Of a stretch of DNA of 64,000 nt, positions 48,835 through 60,550 are shown piece by piece. The notes under the pieces are model-generated. The model ran no database searches and was not told where the DNA came from. It was given only the letters and a program-made list of their open reading frames with translations. Numbering within the stretch: the first letter of the stretch is position 1; each line of letters opens with the position of its first letter. The translations under genes were made by a program, and so were the position numbers. Source of the DNA: Mobula hypostoma (Eukaryota); NCBI RefSeq assembly GCF_963921235.1, contig NC_086108.1, positions 44,704,001 to 44,768,000 on the forward strand, given 5' to 3'.

Positions 48835-51800
48835 AAGGTAAGCTAGCCAATAATATAAAAGAGGGCACCACAAGATTTTACAGATATATATAGAGTGAAA
48901 GAGAGATGAGAAAGGACATTGGTCTGCTGGAAAATTATATTGGAGAGGTAGTAATGGGGACAAAAAAAAGGCGGAAGAACTAATAAATATTATATGTCAT
49001 TACAAAATAATCTGCCGATGCTTTTGTCCGAGGAACACTCAATGCGCTGGAGGAACTCAGCACGTCAGTCAGCATCAGTTGAAAAGATTAGTCCATGTTT
49101 CGGGCCGAAACCCTTCGTCCGGACTGAAGGAAGAACTTTCGGGAGGGTTTGAAGAATGCTGGTAGTTGAAAAAAACAGTAATTTTAAAGACAAAGGGGTG
49201 GGGGAGGGGAGGCAGGGAGGTGATTGGCAGGAGAACAATGCGAAGTAGTAGGAGGAGGCGGAACTATGAGGGAGATGATGTGAAATAGGGATAGAGGAAG
49301 GGAGGGGGAGGGAATTACCAAAAGTTGGAGAATTCTATGTTCATAACCGGAATTTGGAGATTCCCTCCCCTCCCTTCCTCTATCCCTATTTCACATCACA
49401 ACCCTCATAGTTCCGCCTCCTTCTACTACTTCACATTGTTCTCCTGCCAATAACCTCCCTGCTTCCCCTGCCCCACCCCTTTGTCTTTAAAATTACTGTT
49501 TTTTTCAACTACCAGCATTCTTCAAATCCTCCCCAAAGTTCTTCCTTCAGTCCTGACGAAGGGTTTTGGCCTGAAATGTCGACTAATCTTTTCAACTGAT
49601 GCTGACTGACCTGCTGAGTTCCTCCAGCGCATTGAGTATTATATGTCAATTTTATCTGTGGAAGACAACAACAGTATGCCATAGATTCAAGCATGTCAGG
49701 AGAAGAAGTGAGAGTAGTACTAAGGAAGATACTTGGGAAGCTGAAAGGTCTGAAGGTAGGTAAGTAACTGGACCAGGACTACATGCCAGGATTCTGAATG
49801 AAGTAGCTGTAGAGAATGTGAGGGCATTCATAGTGATCTATCAAAAATCACTAGATTCTGGAATGGTTCCAGAGGATTAGAAAGTTGCAAGTATCATTCC
49901 ACTCTTGGAGACAGAAGAAAAGGAAATTATAAACAAGAATGCCTGGCTTCAGCAGTTGTTGAGATTTTCAGGGCATTGGCCAAACTGCACTTGGGACTAC
50001 TGTGAACAGTTTTGGGCCCTGTTCTAAGAAAGGATGTGCTGGCATTGGAGAGAGTCCAGAGGAGGTCCAAGAGAATGACCCCGGGAACGAAAGGATTAAC
50101 ATATCAGAAATGTTCAATGGCTCTGAGCCTGTATTCACCGGGCATTATTTTATTTAGAGATATGCAGCGATACAGTTCCGAACCCTATGAGCCGCACAGC
50201 CCAACAACTCACCTATTTAACAGTAACACGAGCCTAATCACAGGACAATTTACAATGACCAATTAACCTACTAACATGTTTGGGAGGAAACCGCAGCACC
50301 CTGAGGAAACCCATAAACTTCTTAGACTGCACTGGAATTAAACGCCAAACTCCGTGGCCTTCAGCTGTAATAGCATCGAGTTCACTGCTACGCTACCCTG
50401 GCACCAAGAATAAGGGGTCAGGGGGATCTCATTATAACAAATACTGATGACATATAAGAGTGGACTTGGAGAGAATGATTCCTCCAGTGGGGGAATCTAG
50501 GGCCTTAGAATTCAAGGATGTCCCTTTAGAACAGATGAGGAGGAATTTCTTTAGCCAGAGGCTGGTGAGTGAATCTGCAGAATTCATTGCCACAGGTGGC
50601 TGTGGAGGCCTAGTACTGGGTATATTTAAAGCAGAGGTTGGTAGAAGTTGATTAGTAAGGGCGTCAAAGGTTACAAGGAGAAGCAGAAAAATGGTGAAGC
50701 AGAAGAATAACATATCAGCCATGACAGAATGGGCCAAATGGCCTAATTCTGCTCCTATATCTTAAGGTCTTATGGAATGGCACTAGAGGACAAAAATTTC
50801 CAAAAACCAGTCTACTCTTTAAGAATGGAGGGAGGCAAAAGGCAGGAAATTATAGGCCAGGTAGTCTGACGTCTATGATTGGCAACATAGCAGAGTCTAC
50901 TATTAAGGATGAGCTTTCCGGGTATTTGGAGACACTTGATATAATAAGCATACATGATTTCCTTAAGGAGAAATCTTGCCTGACAAATCTGTTAGAATTC
51001 TTTAAGGAGATAACAGGCAGTATAGCAAAGAAGAATCAGTGGATGTTGTTTACTTGGATTTCCAGAAGGCCTTTGACAAGGTCTTGCACATGAAGATGCT
51101 ACAGAAAATAAGTGCCCCTGGCATTATGTGAAAGATACTAGCATGGCAGAAGATTGGCTGACTGGCAAGAGGCAAAAAGAGTGGGAATAAAGGGGGCCTT
51201 TTCTGGTTGACTGCCAATGACTAGTGGTGTTTTGCAGGAGTCAGTGTTGGTCTGCTACTTTCGTTACAGGTTAATGTTCTGCATGAAGGAATTGATGACT
51301 CAGTAGCCAAGTTTGCAGATGATACAAAGATAAGTGGAAGGACAGGTAGCGTTACAGAAACAGGTAGTCTGAAGAAAGACTTTCACAGATTAGATGAATT
51401 AAGCAGATGGGTACAGCATAGGGAAGTTAGTGAGTTATAGAAATCATAGGTTGGTTATGCACTTTGATAGAAGGAATAACAGCGTAGACTATTTTCTAAA
51501 CAGGAAGCAAATTCAGAAATCGGAGTGCAAGGGGATTTGGGAGACCTCATGCAATATTCCCCAAAGATTAACATGCAAGTTGAGTCAGTAGTAAGGAAAG
51601 CAGATGCGATGTTAGTATTCATTTTGAGAACACGAGAATAAGCAAAGATATAATAATGAGTCTTTATAAGACAGATCATATTTGGAATATTGTTGAGTGA
51701 TGTTGGGCCCAATATATAAAAAAGGATGCACTGGTGTTAGAGGGGTCCAGAGTCATGAATGATCCCAGAAAAAAAAAGGTTAATATACAAGGAGTGCTTG

Positions 51801-52200
51801 ATGATTCTGGGCCTGTACTCACTGGAGTTCAGAAGAACGAGGGGAGAATCTCATTCAAATATACTGAATATTTAAAGTCCAAATGGAGTGGATGTGGAGA
51901 GGATGTTTCTAATAGTGGGCAGTCCAGGACCAGTGGACACAAGATCATAAAAAAGGACAACCCTTTAGAACAGAGATGAAGATGAATTTCCTTAGCCAGA
52001 TGATTTCAAATCAGTGAAATTCATTGCCACGGGCAGCTGTTAGTACATTTAAAATGAAGGTTGATAGGATCTTAATTTGTAAGATCATCAATTTTATGGG
52101 CAAAAGGCAGGAGAATGGGATTCAGAGGGAAAAAATATCATTATAATTAAATGACAGAGCAGACTTGGTGGGCCAAATGTCCTAATTCTGCTGCTAGGTC
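48835..52200 (+). mobile_element. Cluster of decayed CR1 fragments
   Basis: ORFs 50012-50266, 50460-50651 and 50875-51093 carry CR1 ORF2 motifs; two 3' ends near 50770 and 52200. Confidence 0.7.
49000..49636. mobile_element. 637-bp fold-back PLE derivative of a second subfamily, with hammerhead motifs at 49089-49126 (-) and 49548-49585 (+)
   Basis: Inverted arms; the left arm retains the GIY-YIG end MNIEFSNFW*. 12-bp TSD TATTATATGTCA (48988-48999, 49637-49648). Confidence 0.88.
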
Positions 52201-54131
52201 TTACAGTCACAAGGTAGGGATTGGTTAAGAGTGATTTCTTTAGTGATACAGTGTGGAGTGGGCCCGTTGAGGAACACTGCAACAGCAACCCTGATTAACC
52301 CTAACCTAATCATGGTACAGTTTCCAATGACCAATTAACCTACTCGGTATGACTTTGGACTGTGGGAGGAAACCAAAGGACCCAGAGGAAACCCACACAT
52401 TCCTCTGGCAGGATATAAAGAGACTCCTTATAGAACAACACCGGAACTAAACTCTGAAGTCCAGAATGCCCTTAGCTGCAAGTGTCCCGCTAACCGTGAC
52501 GATTAGTTCACACAACTGGGACATGGTTACTTTAACTGCTGTTTTTCTTCCAGTTACAAAAAAGGGGAACTGGTCACAGCTGCAATGAAATGAGGGAAAG
52601 TGGAGAGGAAGGGGGAAAACAAAGATGGAAAGTTGAGAGGGGGTGAAATGGAGGTGTGGAGGGGAGGTGAGCAGGAGTGCTAAATGACACAGGGGACGAT
52701 GGAAGTGTGAGAGCTTACACCTCATTTTACTTGAGTACAAGAAGTACCATCACAACCTTTTCCTCATATTTCAATTGGTAAGTCCGAAGCCTGTGCAGCT
52801 CATATTAATGTGCAAATGGAACAGGAAAACTGCACTTCTGCAGTGATGAAGAACAACAGGAAACGTCCAGCCTAATGACTGAACGGGCAAGATTCCCTGA
52901 AGCATAATGCACAAATACATGTAATTAAGGGTGGCAATTTCAGGTCAAAGTCTCAATAATGTGCTTCAGCCCCCAACTCTTCCACTCCAACTGAAGCCAT
53001 GTCTTTGAACAAATAGAATTACGAGGCAGTCCTGTATTGTAGGTTCTTGTATAAAGGTAAATGAATTAAGACTGCTCAAACCATTCACACCTACTGTATA
53101 GTAGTTAGAAAACACTACGTAGCACTTTACAGTATTATGAATAAAGTATATTTTTGAAATAAAACAGGAGATCTTCAGTCTTTCCCGGACTCAGGCATTG
53201 AGTACAGGTGTAAAATACCACTGCCAACAACCAAGGTCATGCAGTTCCTCAGATTCGACAGACTTGTCAGAGGACAGTGACGTAACTTGGATCACTATCT
53301 CCAGTGGAGGTAACCAAACTAGAATGACATGACAGATGGACCTATTGGCTTCCTTCATCTTACCTGAACTTTAACAGGGTGATGTTAAGCTGACATTCTG
53401 CATCTAAACAAGATCAGGGGATAAAGAAAGCATGGAGATATCTACCTGCATGTCGGAAGGGCATATCAATAGCTGGCAACCTTAGAGGTATTTCACCCAC
53501 CTACTCTCTCTGCTGTTAGGAGGCCTCTGGTCTGAGCGAAAACAAATGAAGTGGACAACAGAAAGGGAATGCATGCAAGTTCTTGTTAGAAAAACAATTA
53601 CCAGACTACATTAATTGTATAATTGGAGTCCAAAGAGAACATGAAGGACTATATAAAGGGGTATCTGTAATGTGAACCAGGAAATATTTTTGCTCCAATC
53701 AACTTTAATACTTCACTTGAAGGCAAATTTTCAAATTGAGGAACTTGAGAGCTCTCAAAAGTCCATCCTAAATGGTCATTCTTTATGCTTCAGGAATCAG
53801 GTATCATTAGACTATCTGACCAGAGCTGTGCCAGCACACTGCTGCCAAATCTAAATGTCTTCAACTGGGATACACCTCAGATACCATGCAGGCAAAATCT
53901 CTGGATAGCAGCCAAGAACATACAGCTCATTACCACCACCCCCCCCCACCCCCCCACCAGCCCCTGACCAATTCCAGCAACGACTGAACATATGGGAAAC
54001 AAAGCAGTTCACCCAACATCTGTGGATGGAATAGTAAAGTCAACATTTATTCTCAAAGGCCAGCCTGTTCTCATTGTCTCAACAGTATCACGTATAGGGG
54101 TCATATCACATCAAATTAAAAAAAACTGTAC

Positions 54132-54598
54132 CTTTCTCGTAAACACAGGGACTGGAGTACTAGACTTCCATAGGCTTCACTGAATATAAAGAGAGCCTTG
54201 GCGCTTGTGCTGGGATCAACAAATTTCTTTCTTGCTTCCACTGCAGTGAAAAGTTTCTCAGCAATCTGCTCTGGGAAGCCAATTAGTGAGTCAACATGTT
54301 GAATATTGTCAGCTATAAAAGCAAGCACCCCATCAAAAAGAGACTTGGGAGAGTAGCGAAGATTTCCTTCTTTTGTGTAAGTGAAAACAATGTGATCAGT
54401 CCGGTAAGTACTAGGCTTGTCCCCATCTTCAATGCCCAGATTTACAGTGAATCCCTTTTGAAATAGTCGCACTGACTTGGATCTTCCACTGGTCACATTC
54501 AAGCTTGACGCTCCATTTAACAGACGCAGCTGACCCTGTTCACGCACATAAATAGGTCCAAATTCAAATGCAGGACTTGTACTGGTGAGCAAAGACAT
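54132..54598 (-). CDS. LRRC42: LRRC42 first coding exon (acceptor at 54610-54611, ATG at 54598)
   Basis: Encodes MSLLTS...GPIYVREQGQL...FTYTKEGNLRYSPKSLF...DSLIGFPEQIAEKLF...EAYGSLVL, then a GTACAG donor. The seven exons sum to 1248 nt (415 aa plus stop). Confidence 0.96.
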
Positions 54599-54754
54599 TG
54601 GAATGCAATCTGAAAAAATGAGAGATATAGTTCTATTACAACCTGTATTTCCATATTTCCTTGACATACAGAAGGCCATTCAGTCAATGCTAGTTGTCAG
54701 TGGTCCTATCAGTTCCATTCCACAACTGATTCCACCTACCAGTTGTTCTTTCAC

Positions 54755-55925
54755 AGATATGTCCATTGACAGCCTGTATTTGCTGGAATCTAGAAAAATG
54801 AGAGGCAATTCCACCAGCCGGAGGATGGTGGTGGTGGAGGGAAACTGGTCAGGTCTATTGTTAAGAAAGGAGCAGAGAGCAGAGAGTGGGGGGAGGGGGA
54901 GGCGAAAGCATGCTTGGTGGGACGATCCCATTGAAGATGGCGGAAGTAAGTTGCAGAGAATGACGCGCTGGATGCCCAGGCTTGTGCAACGGTGGGAAAG
55001 AGTTCCTCTTTTCCTGTTAAGGCAGCGGGAGGGTGCATGTCCAGGAAATGGTAGAGATGGGTGAGGGCAGCATTAATGCTAGAAGAAGCAAAACATTGCT
55101 CTTTGAAAAAATGAGGACATCTCTGATGTTCTGCAAAGGAAAATCTCAACTTGGGAATGGAAGTGGCAGAGACACAGGAACCAAAAGAAGGGAATGGCAT
55201 TTTTACAGGTGACAGGGTGGGAAGAGGTATTGTCAATATAGCTGTGAGAATCAGTAGGTTTATAAAACATCTTGGTAGATAGTTTCTCTCCAGAGATGGA
55301 GACAGAGAGATTCAGAAAGTGGAGAAATGTGTCAGATATGGATCAAATGAATTTAAGGGCAGGATGCAAGTTGGAAGCAAAGCTGATGAAATTGAGCTCA
55401 GCGTGGGTGCATTAGGCAGCAGCAATTCAGTCGCCAATGTAGCACAGAAAGAATTAGGGAGTGTTCCTAGTGAAGGCTTGGAACATACACTGTTCTACAT
55501 AGCCAATGAAAAGGTAGGTGCCCATAGCTACACGCTGAGTTTGGAGAAAGTGGAAGGAGCTGAAAGAGAGATTGTTGAGTGTGAGGACCAATTCCACCAG
55601 TTGGAGGAGGGTGGTGGTGAAGGAGAACTGGTTGGGTCTATTGTCGAGAGAGAAGCAGAGCACTTTAAGGCCTTCTTGATTTGGCGGGGGGGGCAGGGGG
55701 GAGAGAAAGATAGAAGTGTATAGGGATTGAACATCCATGGAGAAAATGAGGTGATCAGGGCCAAGGAATTGTAGGTTCTGAACTGTTGGAGAGTGAGAAC
55801 ATGTGAAATGTCACAGATGTAGGTGGGAAGGAACTGAACTAAGGGGAATAAAATGGAGTCTAGCTACATGAACACGAGTTCAGAGAAACAGGTGTAGGTA
55901 GAAACAATGGGCCACCCAGCCTCAG
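54755..55925 (-). mobile_element. Decayed PLE RT fragments
   Basis: ORFs 55454-55738 (MDVQSLYTSI...GYVEQ) and 55079-55270 (YKPTDSHSY). Confidence 0.75.
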
Positions 55926-55974
55926 TCACTTTTGAAAGATGACCACAGCTGGGACCTTAACATCCAAGGATAGA

Positions 55975-56540
55975 AGCGGAGTTGGGACCACCATTTTCAT
56001 GTTACACATCAATGATCTGGATGATGGATTTGATGGTTTGGTGGCCAAGTTTGCAGATGATACAAAAATAAGTGGAGGGGCTAGTAGTGTTGAGGAAGCA
56101 GGAAGACTACAAAAGGACTTGGACGGCTCAGGAGAACGGGCAAAGAAGCAGTAACTGGAATACAGTGCAGGGAAGTCAATGGTGATGCACTTTGGTAGAA
56201 ACAATAAAGCCATACATTATTTTCTAAACGGGGAGAAAATTCAGAAATCAGACACGCAAAGGGACTTGGGATTCTTTGTGCAAGATTCCCTAATAGTTAA
56301 TTTTCAGTTGAATCAGTGGTAAGGAAGGCAAACATCAGCATTCATTTCAAGAGGATTAGAATATAAAAGCACAATGTAATACTGAGGCTTTGAGTATATT
56401 TAAAGCAGAGGTTGATAAGCTCTTGATCAGTAAGTGTGTCAAAGGGTACGAGGAGAAGGGAGGAGTTGAGAAGGGAATGATCAGTTGGTGGAGCAGATTC
56501 GATGGGCCGAAAGGCCTAAATCTGCTCCAATGTCTTATTA
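55975..56540 (+). mobile_element. Decayed CR1 3' fragment
   Basis: Encodes INDLDDG...AKFADDTKI, with a CR1 3' end. Confidence 0.7.
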
Positions 56541-56624
56541 CCTAAAAAGATGATCTGATGGAGCTGTGGTGAGTTGTCAATACGCGGTGCCAGGGTCCGG
56601 GGGGTGGGGGGGGGGGGAAGATGT

Positions 56625-57430
56625 AGAATCTTTATTGTCATTGTTGTGGAGCAATGAAACACAGTTTAGCAGCTCAACGTTTTACAGCATAACAAAGAAT
56701 ATATACATAAAATAAACCCTAAAACCTCAGGAGTGCAGTCCAAAATTAATAATATATGGATGGGGGGGGGGTAGGACTATTGCATACCTGCCATTCCTGG
56801 AAGTGTGATGCATTTAGCTGCCGCCGTCTTAGGAGGGGGGCAGGAAAAGGGAAGTGGGTATCATACATTTCACTGCTTGTGGGTAGAAGCTGTTAAGGAG
56901 TCTCTTTGTTTTCGTCCTTAATGCTCTGTATCTCTTCCCAGAAGGTAGAGGGGAAAACAGGTGATGTCCAGGATGAGTGGGATCCTTTGAAATAGAAGTA
57001 GCCTTCTTTTGAAGTCTGTCAGTATAAATGTCTCTGAGGGAGGGTAATGTTGTGCCAATAACCTGCTCTGCTACCCTCACCACCCGCTGCAAGTCCTTCC
57101 TGTTCTGTTCTGCGCAGCTGGCAAACCACACTGCACAGCAATACGTCAGGAGGCTCTCTATAGTTGTCCGATAGAAGTTGATCAGCAGGTGATGAGGGAG
57201 GAGAGCGTGCTTTAGCTTCCTTAAGAAGTAGAGCCTCTGTTGGGCCTTCCCCACCTGATAAGAGATATGGGCAGTCCAGGTGAGGTCAGCCAAGATGTGG
57301 ACGTCCAGGAACTTGAAACTCTCTACTCTCTCCACCTCTTTCCCGTATATGTGCAGAGCAGAGTGCTCAACGCGCTTTGATTTCCTGAAGTCTACTATCA
57401 GCTCCTTTGTTTTTGTGATGTTCAAGTCCA
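56625..57430 (-). mobile_element. Rex/Babar-like LINE 3' fragment
   Basis: ORF 56829-57425 reads [14 protein letters not shown]...[12 protein letters not shown]...SFYPQA. Confidence 0.8.
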
Positions 57431-58925
57431 GAGTGGGAGGAAGTAATGGGGGGGGGGAAGGGAGGGGGGAGGAGGGAGGGGAGGGAGGGGAGGGAGAGGG
57501 GGGAGGGAGGGGAGGGAGAGGGGGGAGGGAGGGGAGGGGGGGGGGGGGGGGAGGGGGAGAGAGGGGGAGGGGGGAGAGGGAGAGAGGGAGAGAGGGAGAG
57601 AGGGAGAGAGGGGGAGGGGGGGAGAGGGGAGAGGGGGAGGGGAGAGGGGAGAGGGGAGAGGGGAGAGGGGAGAGGGGAGAGGGGAGAGGGGAGAGGGGGA
57701 GGGGGAGGGGGAGGGGGAGGGGGAGGGGGAGGGGGAAGGGGGAAGGGGAGGGGGAAGGGGAAGGGGAGGGGGAGGGGGAAGGGGAGGGGGAAGGGGAGGG
57801 GGAAGGGGAGGGGGAAGGGGGGAGGGGGGGAGGAGGGGGGAGGAGGGGGGAAGGGGGGAGGAGGGGGGGAAGGGGGGGGAGAGAGGGGGAAGGGGGAGGG
57901 AGGAGGGGGGGAAGGGGGAGGGAGGAGGGGGGGAAGGGGGAGGGAGGAGGGGGGAAGGAGGAGGGGGGGAAGGAGGAGGGGGGGAGGGGGAGGAGGGGGA
58001 GGAGGGGGGAGGAGGGGGGAGGGGGGGGGAGGGGGGGGAGGGGGAGGAGGAGGAGGGGGGGGAGGGGGAGGGGGAGGAGGAGGAGGAGGAGGGGGAGGAG
58101 GAGGAGGGGGAGGGGTGAGGGGATGGAGGGGGAGGGGTGAGGGGATGGAGGGGGAGGGGTGAGGGGATGGAGGGGGGAGGGGTGAGGGGATGGAGGGGGA
58201 GGGGTGAGGGGAGGGAGTGGCTGGCAGTGACGGGGGAGGGGGAGTGGGAGGCGGTGACCAGGGGAGGGAGGGGGAGTGGGAGGCGGTGACGGGGGGGGGG
58301 GAGGGAGGGGGAGTGGGAGGCAGTGACGGGGAAGGAGGGGGAGTGGGAGGTGGTGACATGGGGGGAAGGGAGGGGGAAGTGGGAGGCGGTGACGGGGGGG
58401 GAGGGAGGGGGAAGTGGGAGGCGGTGACTGGGGGGGAGGGGAGGAAGTGGGAGGTGGTGACCAGGGGGGGGAAGGGGGAAGGGGGAGGGGGGAAGGGGGA
58501 AGGGGGAGGGGGGAAGGGGAGGGGAGGGGGGAAGGGGGAAGGGGAGGGGAGGGGGAGGGGGGAAGGGGGAAGGGGGAGGGGGGAAGGGGGAGGGGGGAAG
58601 GGGGAGGGGGAAGGGGGGAGGGGGGAGGGGGAGGGGGGAGGGGGAAGGGGGAAGGGGAGGGGGAAGGGGGAAGGGGGAAGGGGGAAGGGGAAGGGGGAAG
58701 GGGGAAGGGGGAAGGGGAAGGGGGAGGGGGAGGGGGGGAGGGGGGGAGGGGGGAGGGGGAGGGGGGGAGTGGGGGGAGGGGGAGGGGGGGAGTGGGAGGC
58801 GGTGACCGGGGGGGGAGGGGGGGAAGTGGGAGGCGGTGACCGGGGGGGGGAGGGGGGGAAGTGGGAGTCGGTGACCGTGGGGGGAGGGGGGGAAGTGGGA
58901 GGCGGTGACCGGGGGGGATGGGGCT
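57431..58925. repeat. 1.5-kb G-rich polypurine low-complexity and minisatellite tract
   Basis: (GGGGAGA)n, (GGGGAG/A)n and (GGA)n blocks plus repeated gtgggaggcggtgac units. Confidence 0.95.
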
Positions 58926-59228
58926 GGAAACGGGTTATGGGGGAAAAGAATAAGAACAATTAGAGTGGTGGTGGAGGAAGGCTTACCAGAAAATGGAGAA
59001 TTCAATGTTTACACCACTGAATTGTACAGTACGCCTGTCGCCACACCCTAACAGGGGTGAAGGCCGAGACCGACAGGTCAGCATGGGAACGGGGAGGGGA
59101 GTTGAAATTGGATCCAACTGGGAGCACGGAATGGCCATTGTCGATGGCTCCACTTCACAATCTGAAAGAAAGTCCTGAAAAGATTGCATTCTTCCTCTTT
59201 AATTGTTCGCCTTGCAAACAGCACTTAC

Positions 59229-59330
59229 CCTCATCCAGGTGTCCGCTCACTTTCAGGCTATCCCAAGGCCAAGCGGCAACCACGATTCGTTCTGTTACCA
59301 GGAGTCCGGAACCATCCGTCTGCTGTGCTG
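59229..59330 (-). other. LRRC42: Putative LRRC42 non-coding first exon (5' boundary approximate)
   Basis: Consensus donor G|GTAAGTG on the minus strand at 59228, inside CpG-rich DNA. The ATG exon has an acceptor, so an upstream exon is required. Confidence 0.6.
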
Positions 59331-59395
59331 TCGAGAGGGCCGATTATTGGAAAGGACCGGAAGTGCACGGTTGTTGTGGTAACGGCGAGCGAGTG
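59270..59395. promoter_or_regulatory. Bidirectional CpG-rich promoter for LRRC42 and HSPB11
   Basis: Inverted CCAAT (59346-59350), ETS-type CCGGAAGTG (59357-59365) and RFX X-box-like GTTGTTGTGGTAAC (59370-59383). Confidence 0.7.
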
Positions 59396-59490
59396 ATGAA
59401 GCGAGACTTTGGTGTGGTGGATGCGGGGACGGAGTTGGTTTTAGCGACATCAGGCGATGAGAAACATCCGCCGGAGAACATTATCGATGG
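59396..59490 (+). CDS. HSPB11: HSPB11/IFT25 coding exon 1
   Basis: Encodes MKRDFGVVDAGTELVLATSGDEKHPPENIID(G), then a GTAAGA donor; matches the recalled IFT25 N-terminus. Confidence 0.93.
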
Positions 59491-59936
59491 GTAAGAAGTG
59501 TACTTGTCGCTCTGGGAAGAGAAAAGTGCGGGCAGCATCCATGGTAAAATTCTGAGCATCGAGTGACGGCTCCATCAATCCAATCTGCTGCTCCCCGCTC
59601 CGCTTCTCCTGTCCTTCACCGTCCCCGGAGCTGCACTTCGCTTGCTCTGCATTACTTGATCGGATATGACCATATTCTAACCAGAATCTCCAGCATGTAT
59701 CCTCAAAAACCAAGCCAACGCCGGTCGATTTGCTTTCCTCCATGTAAATATGCAGGGAATTTTCAACCATGTTAAACTGCTATATCTATAATTTGATCTC
59801 GAATATCCTTGAAGTACTGCCTCTAGGGAAGAATCGAAGGGTAATCCCCAATTACATTTATAATCTCCTAACAATTATTGCAGACAATAAAAAATATGGT
59901 GTTTGGAATAGCTTCTATTTCTCATTTTACTTGCAG

Positions 59937-60043
59937 TAATACAGAAACGTTTTGGATTACAACAGGAATGTTCCCACAAGAATTTATCATACGTTTTCCC
60001 GAGGTTGTGCAAATTAATTGTGTGAAAATCCACTGTTACAATG
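59937..60043 (+). CDS. HSPB11: HSPB11/IFT25 coding exon 2 (gene continues beyond the window)
   Basis: ttgcAG acceptor and GTAAGA donor; encodes NTETFWITTGMFPQEFIIRFPEVVQINCVKIHCYN. Confidence 0.94.
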
Positions 60044-60550
60044 GTAAGATCTTTATTTATCTTAGAATCAGATATATTATTGCTGATTAATGTCGTTAAA
60101 TGTTGTAGACAATAGACAATAGGTGCAGGAGTAGGCCATTCGGCCCTTCAAGCCAGCACCGCCATTCACTATGATCATGGCTGATCATCCACAATCAGTA
60201 TCCAGTTCCTGCCTTATCCCCATAACCTTTGATTCCGCTATCTTTAAGAGCTCTATCCATCTCTTTTTTGAAAGCATCCAGAGACTTGGCCTCCACAGCC
60301 TTCTGGGGCAGAGCATTCCAAATATCCACCACTCTCTGGGTGAAAAAGTTTTTCCTCAACTCCGTTCTAAATGGCCTACTCCTTATTCTTAAACTGTGGT
60401 CTCTGGTTCTGGACTCACCCATCAGCGGGAACATACTTCCTGCTTCCAGCATGTCCAATCCCTTAATAATCTTATATGTTTCAATAAGATCCCCTCTCAG
60501 CCTTCTAAATTCCAGAGTATACAAGCCCAGTCACTCCAATCTTTCGACAT

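Noticed and set aside
54599..54679. N-terminal extension of LRRC42 suggested by the ORF track
   Set aside because: A splice acceptor lies at 54610-54611 and recognisable homology starts at the ATG at 54598.
57280..59005. Long Pro-rich and Gly/Arg/Glu-rich ORFs (up to 530 aa)
   Set aside because: These are translations of the G-rich low-complexity tract, open in many frames only because stop codons cannot form.
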